From: Octopus bimaculoides
Lineage: Eukaryota
Reading direction: 5' to 3'
Assembly: GCF_001194135.2 (NCBI RefSeq)
Contig: NC_068997.1
Coordinates: 10,775,301-10,838,869 of the forward strand
DNA: 63,569 bases
A program made the position numbers and the translations under genes. This document shows positions 37,395 to 50,000 of this stretch, piece by piece. Under the pieces are notes generated by a model. The model saw nothing but the letters and a program-made list of their open reading frames with translations. It made no database searches and was not told the DNA's origin. Within the stretch, counting starts at the first letter, position 1, and each line of letters starts with the position of its first letter.

Positions 37395-38135
37395 AAGACC
37401 AAGCTCTGGCCACGACCTGGACGGTCAACCTGAGGAATGAGCAAGTGTCTCCGCTGTGCCGGATCTGCTATAGAGTAGATGAAACCATTGCTCATATCAC
37501 GAACGAATGCCCTAAACTTGCGCAAAACCACTTCAGGTTGTAGCGACACGACCAGGTAGCCGAAGTGCTACATTGGAAATTGTGCAAAAAGTGGGGGCTA
37601 GAGAGAGGCAAAACGTGATATGAGCTCAAAACGCAGAGAGTGGCAGAGTCTGAGACTAGCAAAATCCTCTAGGTTTTTTCATTCGAAACAGATCAGGTAC
37701 TAGAGCATAACAGACAGGAGCTAGTGGTGGTGGTCAAGGTGTGCCACATATGCTATATAATTGATGTTACATGCCCCTTTGACTCACGAATAGGCAAGAA
37801 GGAAAGCGAAAAGATAGATAGATACAGCCCTCTTAAGTACGAAATAGCCCGGCTATGGAAAATGAAAGTGAAGATAGGGCCAATTATTGTTGGGTCTTTA
37901 AAACAGTATCAGAAGGCATCAAGAGGAATATAAAGGAAACTGGAAGAAAGTACCCAGCAGAATTGTTACAGAAGGTTTGTCTCTTTGGCGCGGCCAGAAT
38001 AATCAGGAAAGTATTAAATAGCTGAAAAGAAAGAGTAGCGTGGTACTGTAGGCTGCTGGTAGCAAGCCCAATACGCATGCAATACTGCAGGAGCTGCAAC
38101 AAAACCTGTGATAAAGAGAAAAAAATAACAGTATA
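37395..38135 (+). mobile_element. 5'-truncated RLE-type (R4/Dong-like) LINE: CCHC knuckle plus restriction-like endonuclease, pseudogenised
   Basis: DQALAT...CRICYRVDETIAHITNECPKLAQ..*RHDQVAEVLHWKLCKKW...IIDVTCPFDSRIGKKESEKIDRY.PLKYEIARLWKMKV..GPIIVGSL...LFGAARIIRKVL; three in-frame stops and a late frameshift. Confidence 0.9.
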
Positions 38136-38524
38136 CCAGGAAATAAAAAAATAGAAGAAATTCAAAAAATAGTGCTCATGGAAACTGCTCATATCGTACG
38201 AATAATATAGTCTAAGTAATCCCCCAAATATTTTAATCTGTAAACATTGTCAAAGTACTTTTTAATGGACATAATAGCAAACATCTTTGACTGTCATCTT
38301 AACATGACATTATCACCTTATGCTCGAATTACTTTTAAAACAAGCTTTTAATTTTCTTATGTTTTGACAAGCATTCTCTAGAACAATTCTCTAGGGGAAA
38401 AAAACAAAAATATGGCACCCTAGACAAAACACCGCCTTGAACTTCTAACTTGTTGTCTCTTTAGGGCTCTGGCTCAAAGTCGGAGTCAACAAAGTAAAAA
38501 CCAAACATATAATGACAATAATAA

Positions 38525-38740
38525 TAATGGTTCCATATTTTGGCATAACGCCAGCAAGATCGGGGATTGGGGGAAGTCGATTACATCGACTCCAATACTC
38601 AATTGATACTGATTTTATCAATTCAAAGAGATGAAAGGCAAAGTCGTCTCCGGTCGAATTTGAGGTCAATAGGTAAAGATATACGAAATACCGCTAAGTA
38701 TCTTACCTCGCTTGATAACGATTCTGATAGCACGCTACCC

Positions 38741-38742
<2 letters not shown>
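38525..38742 (-). mobile_element. SINE family A, near full length
   Basis: 'tggttccatattttggcataacgccagc...gatgaaaggcaaagtcg...gaaataccgctaag...taacgattctg'. Confidence 0.8.
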
Positions 38743-38784
<42 letters not shown>

Positions 38785-39155
38785 GTAATAATAGCAATGG
38801 TTTCAAATTTTGCCACAAGGGCAGCAATTTTGGAGAACTGGATCAAATGATACATCGACCCCGGATAATGATAATGTTGATAATGAGGTTGATAATGATG
38901 ACCATGATAAAGATGATGATGATGATGCTGCTGATATTGATGAAAATGATGATCATCATCATGGTTATCTAAAAGGAACTGGAATTCAAACTCGAACTGT
39001 CGAGAAATTTGAGAACGACGCTTGAAATTTGAGGAGATTTATTGTCGCCAAAACTCAAGATAAACTAACTAATTTGCATGCACGTGCGAAATAATGATGA
39101 TTATAATACTGCTGCTGCTGTTGACGATGATGATTATGATGATGATGATGATGAT
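38743..39155. repeat. (AAT)n, degenerate (GAT)n and (GCT)n tracts with an embedded SINE A fragment (38788-38862)
   Basis: Directly visible; produces the poly-N/M/D ORFs. Confidence 0.85.
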
Positions 39156-39711
39156 ACGAAGAAAATGATTGTAAATCCTCGTTGCTTATAAAAGTCAATA
39201 AAACGTGAAGACCGATAGTGTTATTCTGCTTGAAGGAACCATTGAACTGATTAAAGTTGCACTAATTCAATCAGAATATCTCGTGTACTGATTCCCGTTC
39301 ACGAATATTCAATTAGGAAGAAAACCTATATTTGATGTGTTAGATAATATGAAATAAATACCTTTGATGGTAATTTTCTATTTGATGTTTTAGTATACTC
39401 TACATTACTTGAACCTAATCATCACTGAGACATGCTTAATAAAAGGACAAAATCATAGAAAATAGCTGTAAAGCAGTGAGCTGATTAAATCGTCATTCAC
39501 ACGTACTCAAAAGTTAATTAGATCTCATTATACGATTAAGGAGTCGTAGGTCCATGAATTAGTGGATACATGCATTCTACAAACACCATAAAATAAGTAT
39601 TTTAATGTTTTACCCGGTGAACGATACTCTATATGTGCAATATTCCTGCTTCAGATATTACTTAACGAACATCGTCCTACTGTCTTAGAAAATGATCCGT
39701 TCGATAATATA

Positions 39712-39860
39712 CGAGGGCGTGTTGAAAAGTTCCTGGTACTGAGTAAAAGGATATACAGGAGGATCAGTTAATTATGATTTTATTCAACATATCCCCCTCT
39801 CAGATTCACACACTTATTGCAGTGCTACTTTAGTTTTTCTCACCCCTGTAAAACGAACTC
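39712..39860 (+). mobile_element. Mariner-type terminal fragment (TA-CGAGGG...TTGAAAAGTTCCTGG TIR)
   Basis: TA followed by 'cgagggcgtgttgaaaagttcctgg', which resembles irritans-type mariner TIRs; no partner TIR found. Confidence 0.55.
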
Positions 39861-39996
39861 GTATTTATACAAAACTTCAAAAGATTGGATGGTCGAAGCT
39901 GTAAATTCTTAATATATTTTCATAATTTTGTGACATTACTGCAGATTAAATTGCAACAAGAACAATAACTATTCGTATAATACCATCAACACATCT

Positions 39997-40200
39997 AAGC
40001 TGGCAGAACGGTTAGCACGTCGGCCCAAATGCTTTGTGACATTTTGTCCCTTTTTATATTCGGAGTTCAAATTTCACCGAGGTCAGCTTTACCATTCATC
40101 CTTTTAGATTCGATTAAGTAACTAACAGTTGAGCATTGAGATTGCTGTAATTGATGAGCCCTCTCCAACAAAATTTCGTGCTTGGTGCATATTGCAGACA
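39997..40200 (+). mobile_element. SINE family A, degraded
   Basis: 'aagctggcagaacggttagcacgtcggcc...ggagttcaaatttcaccgaggtcagc'. Confidence 0.8.
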
Positions 40201-40230
40201 AGATACTACCAAGAACGCATACGAAAAGAA

Positions 40231-40292
<62 letters not shown>

Positions 40293-40809
40293 TACATACA
40301 TGTATATACATACATACATGTATATATATGTATATGTATGGAGCTTAAAACAATAAGTTTCAATAAAGATAGAACATTTGCTGATGAATTAGTGTGCTAA
40401 TTAATGAGATTCTTACATATTGCTAAAATGTTCAGGTAAGTCGAACATGTTTTCTATAATCTTTGCCCATCTTGATTATATATCAAAGATTAAAGGGGAA
40501 AATTATTATTGCGAGAAGTGATATTTTAGCTTACATGAAGACGCAGAATATCGATTTTTTTTTCGCACAGGTGTAAAACCAAGAACATACAGAGGTGCTG
40601 AATTTTTTCTTAATGCAACATCAACAATATCCTCGTTTGTCAGCGTTTTGCAATCACCGATTCAATGCACTTTCTTTTACAGGGTGAAACATAAGCACAT
40701 ACATAGATACAAACATGCAAACATACACACAAACATACCTACCTATCTCCCTACCTACCTACATACATTCGTGCATATATACATACACACGTACAAACAT
40801 ACAAGCAGC

Positions 40810-41330
40810 CATGACTGGGTTCTCCTGCTTGCGTGGCATAGCGTAATGTTCAGTTGGCAGACGTACGGCCTTCCAGCAACCAACCTCCTAACCGGCCATG
40901 TTCAGTCTGATGCCCCGTGGGAAGTTGAATGGTGGGAAAAATGTCGCCATTACTAGTGATCTTTCCAAACACCATGATGTTGATTGGATGTTTGATTTTT
41001 ATCACTCTCGGTACATGTTTTGGGGACATGGCAACACAACGCTTGTTCTGTGTGTTCACCGTTTGAGCCTGGCAGAAATATTTCTCGTCCGAGAAAGACC
41101 AAGGCATGTTCGATTGGAAGGGATGCTTGAGCCTGTTGAAAAACTTCGCAGTGCAGTCTTTCCTCATGTCCTTAATGGCTTGGGATATAAAGTGGCCCTT
41201 TCTCATCGTATATCAGAAATACTGAATGTCATCATGCACTACCTGCCTTATAAGAAACTCTGACACTTCCACGTCCCTGACGATGGACCTGATAGACTTG
41301 GAACGCGACAATTTACCTATTGCACCCTAT
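40810..41330 (-). mobile_element. Degraded Tc1/mariner transposase, maT (DD37D)-like
   Basis: SKSIRSIVRDVEVSEFLIRQVVHDDIQYF*YTMRKGHF...KFFNRLKH...FSDEKYFCQAQTVNTQNKR...VPRVIKIKHPINIMVFGKITSNGD, then PYVC..HASRRTQSWL; matches the FSDEK...NxQNxR...KHPxxxMVFG...YVWQQD..P.H signature. Confidence 0.8.
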
Positions 41331-41344
41331 ATTTAACGATGGGA

Positions 41345-41498
41345 CGGTTTCAGTTTCCGTCCACAAAATCCGTTCACACCCTTTCGGTCCGCCCACGGTA
41401 GAACAAAAGACATTTGCCTAAGGTGCTATGCAGAGGGACTGAACCCGGCACCATGTGGTTGAGAAACAAGCTTTTAGCACACAGCCACACCTGCGCCT
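41345..41498 (-). mobile_element. SINE family B 5' half abutting the maT remnant
   Basis: 'gggactgaacccggcaccatgtggttgagaaacaagcttttagcacacagccacacctgcgcct' is the reverse of the family B head. Confidence 0.85.
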
Positions 41499-41649
41499 AT
41501 ATATATAATCCAATTTATAAAATAGTTTAAATATTTACATTCAAAAAGATAATAAATCTAACTTAAAGATAATATGAATGATATTGTCAGGCAAAGAGAT
41601 GTTTTAGTCACTGTAGCTATGTATGTCTTCTTGTTCAGACGTATTGAAT

Positions 41650-41679
41650 GATATATGTATGCTTATATGTGTTTGTGTA

Positions 41680-41731
<52 letters not shown>

Positions 41732-41757
41732 TGTATATATATATACATATATACATA

Positions 41758-41801
<44 letters not shown>

Positions 41802-41870
41802 TGTATGTATGCATGTATGTGTGTATGTGTGTATGTATGCATGCATGTATGTATGTATGTGTGTATGAAT
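41650..41870. repeat. Long compound (AT)n/(ATGT)n microsatellite
   Basis: Directly visible; source of five artefact ORFs. Confidence 0.95.
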
Positions 41871-43904
41871 ATTAATTTTAGAATTAACATAAGGCAAATT
41901 ATAGAATAATTTTTGTGTTTACATTCACAACGATCTTAAACTTTCGGATTTTAAGTTTTGTATTTCTATAACTTGTCACAGGCACTTTATTAACTTATAC
42001 TGAATGTCATTTAATCCAGAAAAAAAAGAAAATACAGAAAAAATTCAGCATCCCGTTAAACCGAAGGATATAATCAGTTGAAGAAATATTTTAGTTATTG
42101 CAGCGTGAGTTTGCGATGGATTACTATAATTAAGTAGCGTAATCCAATTAATCTCACACTATCCATAAAGTCAATGGTTCATGAAGGGAAGAAAAGAATT
42201 ATACTTTTTGTTGAAAGATTTCAATAGCTACTGTGGGTAAAGTTATTATTTCACTGAAAATATAAAAAAACAAAAACAAAAGCAAAAGAAAAAATATGTG
42301 GAAATTTTATAAAATAATCTAATCTTTTCCTTTTGTTATTTTGTTTATAGATTTTTAAACATTAATTTGAAATTTTTTCATTTGTTTATTGAATCTTATT
42401 GTTTTGATTTCAGGAAATTTATCGATTTCTTTTTCTCACAAAATTGATTTTTTTCTGGAAACATTGAATCGAAATTTATGATAATATTTGGTAACGAGTT
42501 TTTATTATCTTGGAATATCTCATGTGTTTATAGAATTATCAACAGCATATGGGAATTGCTATTGCATGAGAAATAAGGGATAGGAGATTATGAACAAGAA
42601 AATAAGAACATGATAATCAATAATATTCTATGCCTCATATACCATTTTTTAAAATTATGAGTGTTAAAAATCTTTAAGATGTAAAATAAATTTTAAGTTT
42701 GCAGAATGTTATGTGAAAATCATTCCATTAGTCACAACATTTAAATCATGTTACCTGAAAGCAAATCAAAACTCCATAAGATCTAAATACATACTTCTCC
42801 ATGATTGCCCGACAAGTATTCTGAATAACACACAAACACACACGCACATACATACACATATTTATAAAGGTCAAAGCCTATGTAAAGATAGTATCCTTCG
42901 TTGGTTGATGCAAAATATATGGCCACTCCTCAAATACTGGTTCCTGCCCTATATATATATATATATATATATAGATAGATAGATATATAGGGCAGGGAAT
43001 CGTAAATTAGTAGTTTGTAGTTTGGAATCAGTAGTTCTTTGACTGCTATTTCTGAATTCTCAGTATGTTGGAGAAGCAGGCTTCTTCTAATCTCTGTNNN
43101 NNNNNNNTGTTGGAGAAGCAGGCTTCTTCTAATCTCTGTATATTTATGATTATATATATATATATATATATATATACAGGTATATATACGCGCATAGACA
43201 CACACACACACACACACATATATGCATGCATATATATATATATATATATACACTCTCAAAAATAGAAAACTAGAGCGCCGAAGTGTGTAAAACCTACGAA
43301 TGTCTAGACATTAGGAAATGCTAACGTTGTAAAATTTTAAACACCTTTCAGGTAAAAAAAAGTCTGAAAGTCGATATAAATTCAGACAGAAATGAATGAA
43401 TTAAATTCAATAAATGAATTTGTTTTAAAGACTATTGTCTCACATCTGTATACAAGAAAAAGAACATTACTTTTGCCTAAGTATTGTTAAAGGCATTTGT
43501 ATTTTAAGTTTTTTTTCTTTTGTTTTCCTTCTTAATGAATCATCTCTCGCAGCTGCGTGCACTTTGAATTTGTACGTTCACTTGACTCCGCTCGTGTTAT
43601 TCACACAATGAGGAATTTTATTCTTCCCAACAAATCTTAGATTATTTCACGACACATACCATTTATATTTACGCATTCTGAATGTGAAAGTTTTTTTCGG
43701 TAGGTTAGTAAAATTAGTAACACTTACCTCATTTCTAAATGAAATATTCAAAGTGAAAGCTTTTAGACATTAATTTTTTGGATGCAAGAGTGATATTGAA
43801 TCTAGTGTTTAAAATGTTACTTGGAAATTTTCCTATATCATCAAATACATGTGCATGTTTAACGATATTATAAGATAAAAACAAAAAATAAACCTATAGA
43901 CTTA

Positions 43905-44070
43905 CAGACACTTGTGATGGTGTGTTTACGTCCCCACAACAAGGGATATCGTTAAAATAAATACTAGGCTGACAAGAGTACTGGGGTTGATTCATTCGGC
44001 TAAAAAGTCTTCAAGGTAGGGCCTCAGCATGGCCGCAGTGTAATGACTGAAACAGGTCTATGGTAAAGGA
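43905..44070 (+). mobile_element. SINE family B 3' half
   Basis: 'ggtgtgtttacgtcccc...tactaggct...cttcaaggt...cagcatggccgcagtgtaatgactgaaaca'. Confidence 0.8.
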
Positions 44071-44097
44071 TAAAGGACTTGCAACATCTCGCAGCAC

Positions 44098-44305
44098 TAA
44101 GGCGGCGAGCTGGCAGAAACGTAAGCACGCCTGGCGAAATTCTTAGCGGCATTTCGTTCTGAGTTCAAATCCCACCGAGGTCGACTTTGCCTTTCATCCT
44201 TTCGGATTCGATAAATTAAGTACCTGTAGCATACTAGGGCCGATCTAATCGACTGACCCCCTCCCCCAACATTTCGAACCTTCTGCTTAGAGTAGAAAAG
44301 AGTAT
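44098..44305 (+). mobile_element. SINE family A, near full length
   Basis: 'taaggcggcgagctggcagaaacgtaagcacgcc...ttctgagttcaaatcccaccgaggtcgactttgcctttcatcctttcgg...tagagtagaaaaga'. Confidence 0.9.
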
Positions 44306-44379
44306 CCCTCAGCTCTAAGACACCTATAAATATACAGCATAGTGAAGCAAGATTTTTACTGAATCCCCCTTTGATATTT

Positions 44380-44590
44380 CAGTTGTTTCAGTCTTTGGAC
44401 AGCGGCCATACTAGGGTACAACCTTAAAGGCTTTGGTCAAACACAATCGATCAAAATTCTTGTTTTGCATCTGCTACTTATTGTCTCCTTCTCTTTTAGC
44501 AAATCTCTTATTTACGGGGACCTACACAAACCAAAATCAGCTATTTCTTCTTACTATGAAATCAATTGTAGCCTTAATACAAGAATAAAG
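44380..44590 (-). mobile_element. SINE family B 3' half, degraded
   Basis: 'ttgtttcagtctttggacagcggccatactagggtacaaccttaaagg...tacggggacctacacaaacc'. Confidence 0.65.
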
Positions 44591-44644
44591 AAATTCTATT
44601 CACCAATGCGGTACTGGGGCACTCACTCTCATCGTTCAACATTT

Positions 44645-44679
<35 letters not shown>

Positions 44680-44735
44680 CATATACATACATACACACAT
44701 GCATAGATACATAGACACACGCACACACACACACG

Positions 44736-44769
<34 letters not shown>

Positions 44770-44886
44770 GGGGTTATGAGCGATAGTGGTGTCAATTAGA
44801 CCCAAATGTTTCAGGTAATGCTGAGTAAGTGCTATGGATAGAACATATCTAAGCTCCAGGTTCGGTTATTATGCGATATATATATA

Positions 44887-44929
<43 letters not shown>

Positions 44930-46964
44930 CTGTGTGTCTGTGGGCACACAATAATGTGACTTTTCTGATACTTAAATTAATGTCGCCTCTAATTTTCGCT
45001 CACATGCAATATTTCAATTACTTAGCAGTGTTAGACAGTCATTAGCTACTTTCAAAGTAGTCTGAATGTGTATTAACACGTATTCATCTTCAAGTGGAAC
45101 ATCTTGCAACGTTTTAATTTTGTACATGTATTTCAAAACCAACTTCAATAGTTTTTCAATTTAGAAAGAAATATATTAGTAAGAGATATATTCGCTTCAC
45201 TCGGTTTTTGCTTCTCTATTTTTCTCTGCAACCCGATATTATAGAACTGAGATCACCCTCTTAAACCGCTGATGCATGCAGTTAGTGTCTAGTGTGTCTT
45301 TTTCACGGTATGGTCATGTCTTTTATAATTCTACTGTGGCTAAATGACAGACGGTGCTTTCGTGACCATTTGAATAACGGAATACACCTTTGATAATATT
45401 TGTGTATCTCGGGACGGTCATTCTTTTAGCCAAATAAACGCACGCACCATATATTAGTTCTTCACCTTAGATTTATTTTTCTTATTTTATGTCCATTATC
45501 TGGATATTTTTCGTCACACATCCTATTAACTCTTCAGCGACTCGCCAACCCACGTGTGTTTACTTTGCAAAAAAAAAAAAAAAAAAAATCACCACCTCAA
45601 AATATAACAATTACTATTTCAACTTATGATTTCACATCAGGCTTCCTGCAAAACAAATGCAGAAACATAACAATCGTTTGATGGTATATTTCAGTGTAAA
45701 ATGATAAAATACGTCCCATGTTTATCATTAAAGAGCTTCTGCGTTTTGTGAATTGAAAATTAAATGATGATATAGTAACTTGTCTTGTTCTTCATTATTA
45801 GAGTAAATTTTATTGAATAATTTTTACCAAGTGTTTATTCCAATAGTGTTTTCCCATCCTTTTTAACAATTATGTTAATTATTACTATTTGATTGCTTTC
45901 AAATTTTATAACTTTATTCGGAAAATTGTTTTCATACACGCAGGAATCGGGTATTTTTGACAATCGCTTATCCTGAGACACACACATAAACAATCATATA
46001 CTCAAACACGCGCTCACACTCACACACTCGCAAGTAAACACACACACACACTCACACACAGGCATACATACACACAGACACACATACAATGATTTACTTG
46101 TGTGTATATATATATGCATACATAACTTCGTATATACATATTTATATACACATACAGACACATATGCGTATGTGAATGTGTATTTGTATATATTAGTGTA
46201 TTCACAGCACAGCATCACATCCTGACACATGCACACATAGATGCACATTCACTTGTAACATTTTGTGGAATAATAAGTCACATATTGCAATTGTGTGAAA
46301 ATTATTGAAGCGGTATATTGTGTTAATGCAGGTGTCTTTAACAATTTTCCGCTTTTATTATCGAAGAACTATACGTTAATAGCCAGACACTCTGGAGACA
46401 GAAATCTAAGAAATGAAATATGAACCGAAAAGAATAAGTGAAAAAAATGTTAATGACATATAAAATATTGTTTTTTATCTTTACCATTATTGCGTATATG
46501 TTGGGAAAATATTTACGTATATAGCGTTCATCCTAGCGCCTGACTAGAATTTTCTTTCAGCAACCCTAGAGAGATGACAAAAGTTGAGCGTAGTGGCATT
46601 TAAGAACATAAATAGGCAATTATATTGCAGTGCTAACGTCCAGCACATTATCGCTGTCCTGTTTATCAGTTATGTTGATTATTAACATTGGCACAAGACC
46701 AAACAAAAATACTGGCAGTGTTTTTGTTCATTAAATTGATAGCTGTACTTGACTCATATTTTTTATCGATCCCGGAAAGAAAGAAAAAAAGCCACAATTC
46801 ATTCAGCTAGAATTTTAATTCGGAAGCGAGAATACCATATACATACAACAAGGATTTTCCTCAGACGCTTATATGTTTCCGCCAATCCACTATCAATGAC
46901 TGTGGATAATATTGCAACTTGGCTAAAGGTTTACATTTTAAAAATTATTTTGTTGTCAATATAG

Positions 46965-47280
46965 ACGCAGGCGTAGCTGTGTGGTAAGAAGTGTGCTTCT
47001 CAACCATGTGGTACCGGGTTCAGTCACACGGCGTCGCAGTTTGACCGGCCAAAGCCTTGTGAGTGTATTTGGTAGAAGGAAACTGAAAGAAGCATGTTGT
47101 ATATAAACGGTGTTGGTGTATTTACGTCTCCCCAACATAGTGGCTCGGCAAAAAGACACCGATAGAATAAGTATTAGGCTTAAATAAAATAATTCCTGGG
47201 GTCTGACTAAAACTCTTCAAGGTGGTGCTCTAGCATGGCCGCAGTCTAATGACTGAAAAAAGAAAAGAATAAAAGAATTA
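46965..47280 (+). mobile_element. SINE family B, near full length with internal deletions
   Basis: Head 'gcaggcgtagctgtgtggtaagaag...ccgggttcagtc', body 'ccaaagccttgtgagtgtatttggtagaaggaaactgaaagaagc', tail 'catggccgcagtctaatgactgaaa...aaagaataaaagaat'. Confidence 0.9.
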
Positions 47281-49664
47281 CATAACTAGTATTTTTCTTA
47301 TAGATCCCAAACTGATGAAGGGCGAGTTTGACCTCAGTAAGCGTTGAACTTGATATCACAAAAAGTTCCCCTGTCAAATTTAGTTACGTTTATTTCAAAA
47401 ACAGAATACAGTTATACCCAGAATTCCACACATAAACACTGACGCATCCTAAATATTTAGAAAACCTTTGTTTTCAGAAAAATCAAAAAATTCCATATAG
47501 TTTAGTAGTTGATAGACCTCATCTGAATATAAAATAAGTTGTAAAAATGACCAATCTAATATGGATTTGGAAGCGCCCAAAACCTATTTATATACTTGCC
47601 GACAAAACAAAACGCATTGCGTGAGAATACGTACTCACAAGACAATGTACACCAATCTCAAAGATATATTGGTTTCAGATGAAATATGTAAATTAAAGCA
47701 TGTCACGACTCTTCGTATAATTCTTTAAACACTGCATGTTAAGCACTTCAATACCTGCGAATGCAGGGACATGTTTCTGAGTCTTTACTCGTCATTCGAC
47801 TTTTGTTAATATTATTTTTAGCTGCTATTTTTAGTAGACTGAACCGGTCCAGAGATCTCTCTCACTAGCTCGAAATATTGATTGCAGTTTATATAAGTTG
47901 AGTTTGTATAAAAAGTTACTTTTAATAAGATAAATATGTATTCTTATTTAAATCCTCCATTAGTCTTTCAAACATTTATTGGCATAGTTTATTAGAGATT
48001 TAATAAAAACCTTCATCTTCTTAGTACAAATTATAGAGACAATAAGTGTATTTTAGTGAATGTTCAAACTTAATTGTCATCGGAATTTCTTAGAATTAAT
48101 GCTATTCTTTAAATATTTTTACATAATTTTCTTTTTGTTTTCCACATAATAATATACTCTATCAATTTGCTAAATATCGACTTTATGATGTTTAGTTTCT
48201 TAATGGTCGTAAGCACATTTTGGCTGAAATCAGACATTTAATTCATTCTTCCAGTACATTAAGTTTCGATCTGTTGAATAAACAAATATTTAATTTCCAT
48301 ACAAAAATATCTTTCAAAATATCTATTGTAGAGCAACAATTGCCTATTTAATTATTATGCACAGAAGAATGCATAATATAACATTTAGGAAAATTATAGA
48401 AAATGCATTGCTTAAGCTTGGTAGGTGAGCAGAAATTCTAACGGTGTTTTGTTAGAAACCGTTATATTCTGAGTCCAAAACCTACCGAGATGGACTTCCT
48501 ATTTTTTATTCCTCGGTCGCGTTAAAACCAGTGCTTACTAAGTTTAGCTTNNNNNNNNNNGATAATTGAGTTAAATCTATTCAAGACCTAAATACAGTGA
48601 AATTGATCGAGTCACAAATTGAAAACTAGCATTTGCTCATTTTACTCTTGCTTTTATGGTCTGCGTCTAATAGTGGGTGTGAAACGTGCCGTGATCTACA
48701 TCCAAGTTTCAATACATTGTTCTGAGTTAGAATTGTAAACTGCTTCCAAGCTTGGAATGTTAGATAATTGAGACTTTCACAATAAAATATATATATCCAT
48801 TAGTTAAAAGATGGCTGTTGGCTTCCAGGCATATTTTTCTGACGTCTTTCGATAATAACGTGAAAGAAATGCTAGTATTTTATGGCTTCATTATTTTCGT
48901 TTCTAAGCTACAGAAAATGAAATGAAGGAAGTAATCATTGTCAAAGAAATATGATATTGGAGTATTTTTCTTTTGTTTATCTATAGTAATCCCAGAAAAT
49001 ATCATTTTTCATATATAATATTATATGATAATTAAACAGTGTTTATAATATCGTGAATAATCCCGTATACTTGTTCTGCTTCAGAATAAGGTTTCTTTAT
49101 ATTTTAGTGTGGGAGAATTGGATTACTTTTTATTCACGTCTACTCCAAGGACATTAGTACAGTAAGCACAATGCTAAAATTGAAGGTTTCCTTATACATA
49201 TGTATGAGGAAGATTTTCCTTAACGAAGAAAGGCCTAACATTTACATCACTACCACAACATGCTACATTATCCTCGGATCACACACCCACGACAAGTAAG
49301 CATCAAAATCAATTCAAAACAATTTATAAAAAAATATCTTATAGCTACGAGAGCTTTTGCACAAATCAGGTAAATACAAAAACCTATTCATAGACAAAAT
49401 AGCAGCAATATCACTAGTTTCTTTACCGGGATTTATAACTGGTGTATGCATCTTTGAAATTATACGTTGATGTTCAGTCTAGTACACATCGGCCATATAT
49501 TTCCCCTATGAAAGCTGACCTGTGGCTACACAATCCACACCAACAAAAAAACAAATGCAGTTGGGTCAACCGGAAGCCAAGTGTATTCACTGGTAAGTTC
49601 AGTGTATTTAAATTCCCTGTTAAAAATATGTTGGATCTGCTGCCTTGTTTAATATATCTTGTTT

Positions 49665-50000
49665 TACTTGTTTCACTCATTGGACTGTGACCGTGCTGGG
49701 GCACCGCCTTTTTAATCGAACAAAGTGACTTCGATGCTTATTCCGTTTCGGTTTCATACTTACTCTTTTTGACTCAATTAACGGACCGCTGTGTTACGTG
49801 GACACGAGTTGTGAAGCGGTGGAACCACAAACACAAAGACACCCACACAAAAATATATACGTCCGATGTGCTTCCACACAGTTTACATTTACCAAATCCA
49901 CTGACAAGATTTTAGTCGGCCCGGGGCTATAACAGAAGATGGCTGCCCAAGATGCTATGGTATTGAGCCTTAAATTACATGATTGCAAAGCGGGCTTCTT
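49665..50000 (-). mobile_element. SINE family B, near full length, degraded
   Basis: 'cttgtttcactcattggactgtgaccgtgctggggcaccgcc...accaaatccactgacaag...ggcccggggctata'. Confidence 0.8.

Noticed and set aside
37540-37680. In-frame stops falling at probable Trp codons in the LINE (and mariner GDDK*), suggesting directed G-to-A hypermutation
   Set aside because: TGG becomes a stop by either of two single transitions, so this bias is expected under neutral decay.
43066-43139. 32-bp direct repeat on both sides of a 10-N gap
   Set aside because: Typical unmerged contig overlap, so an assembly artefact.
48744-48757. Perfect 14-bp palindrome ttccaagcttggaa
   Set aside because: A few such palindromes are expected by chance in 63 kb.
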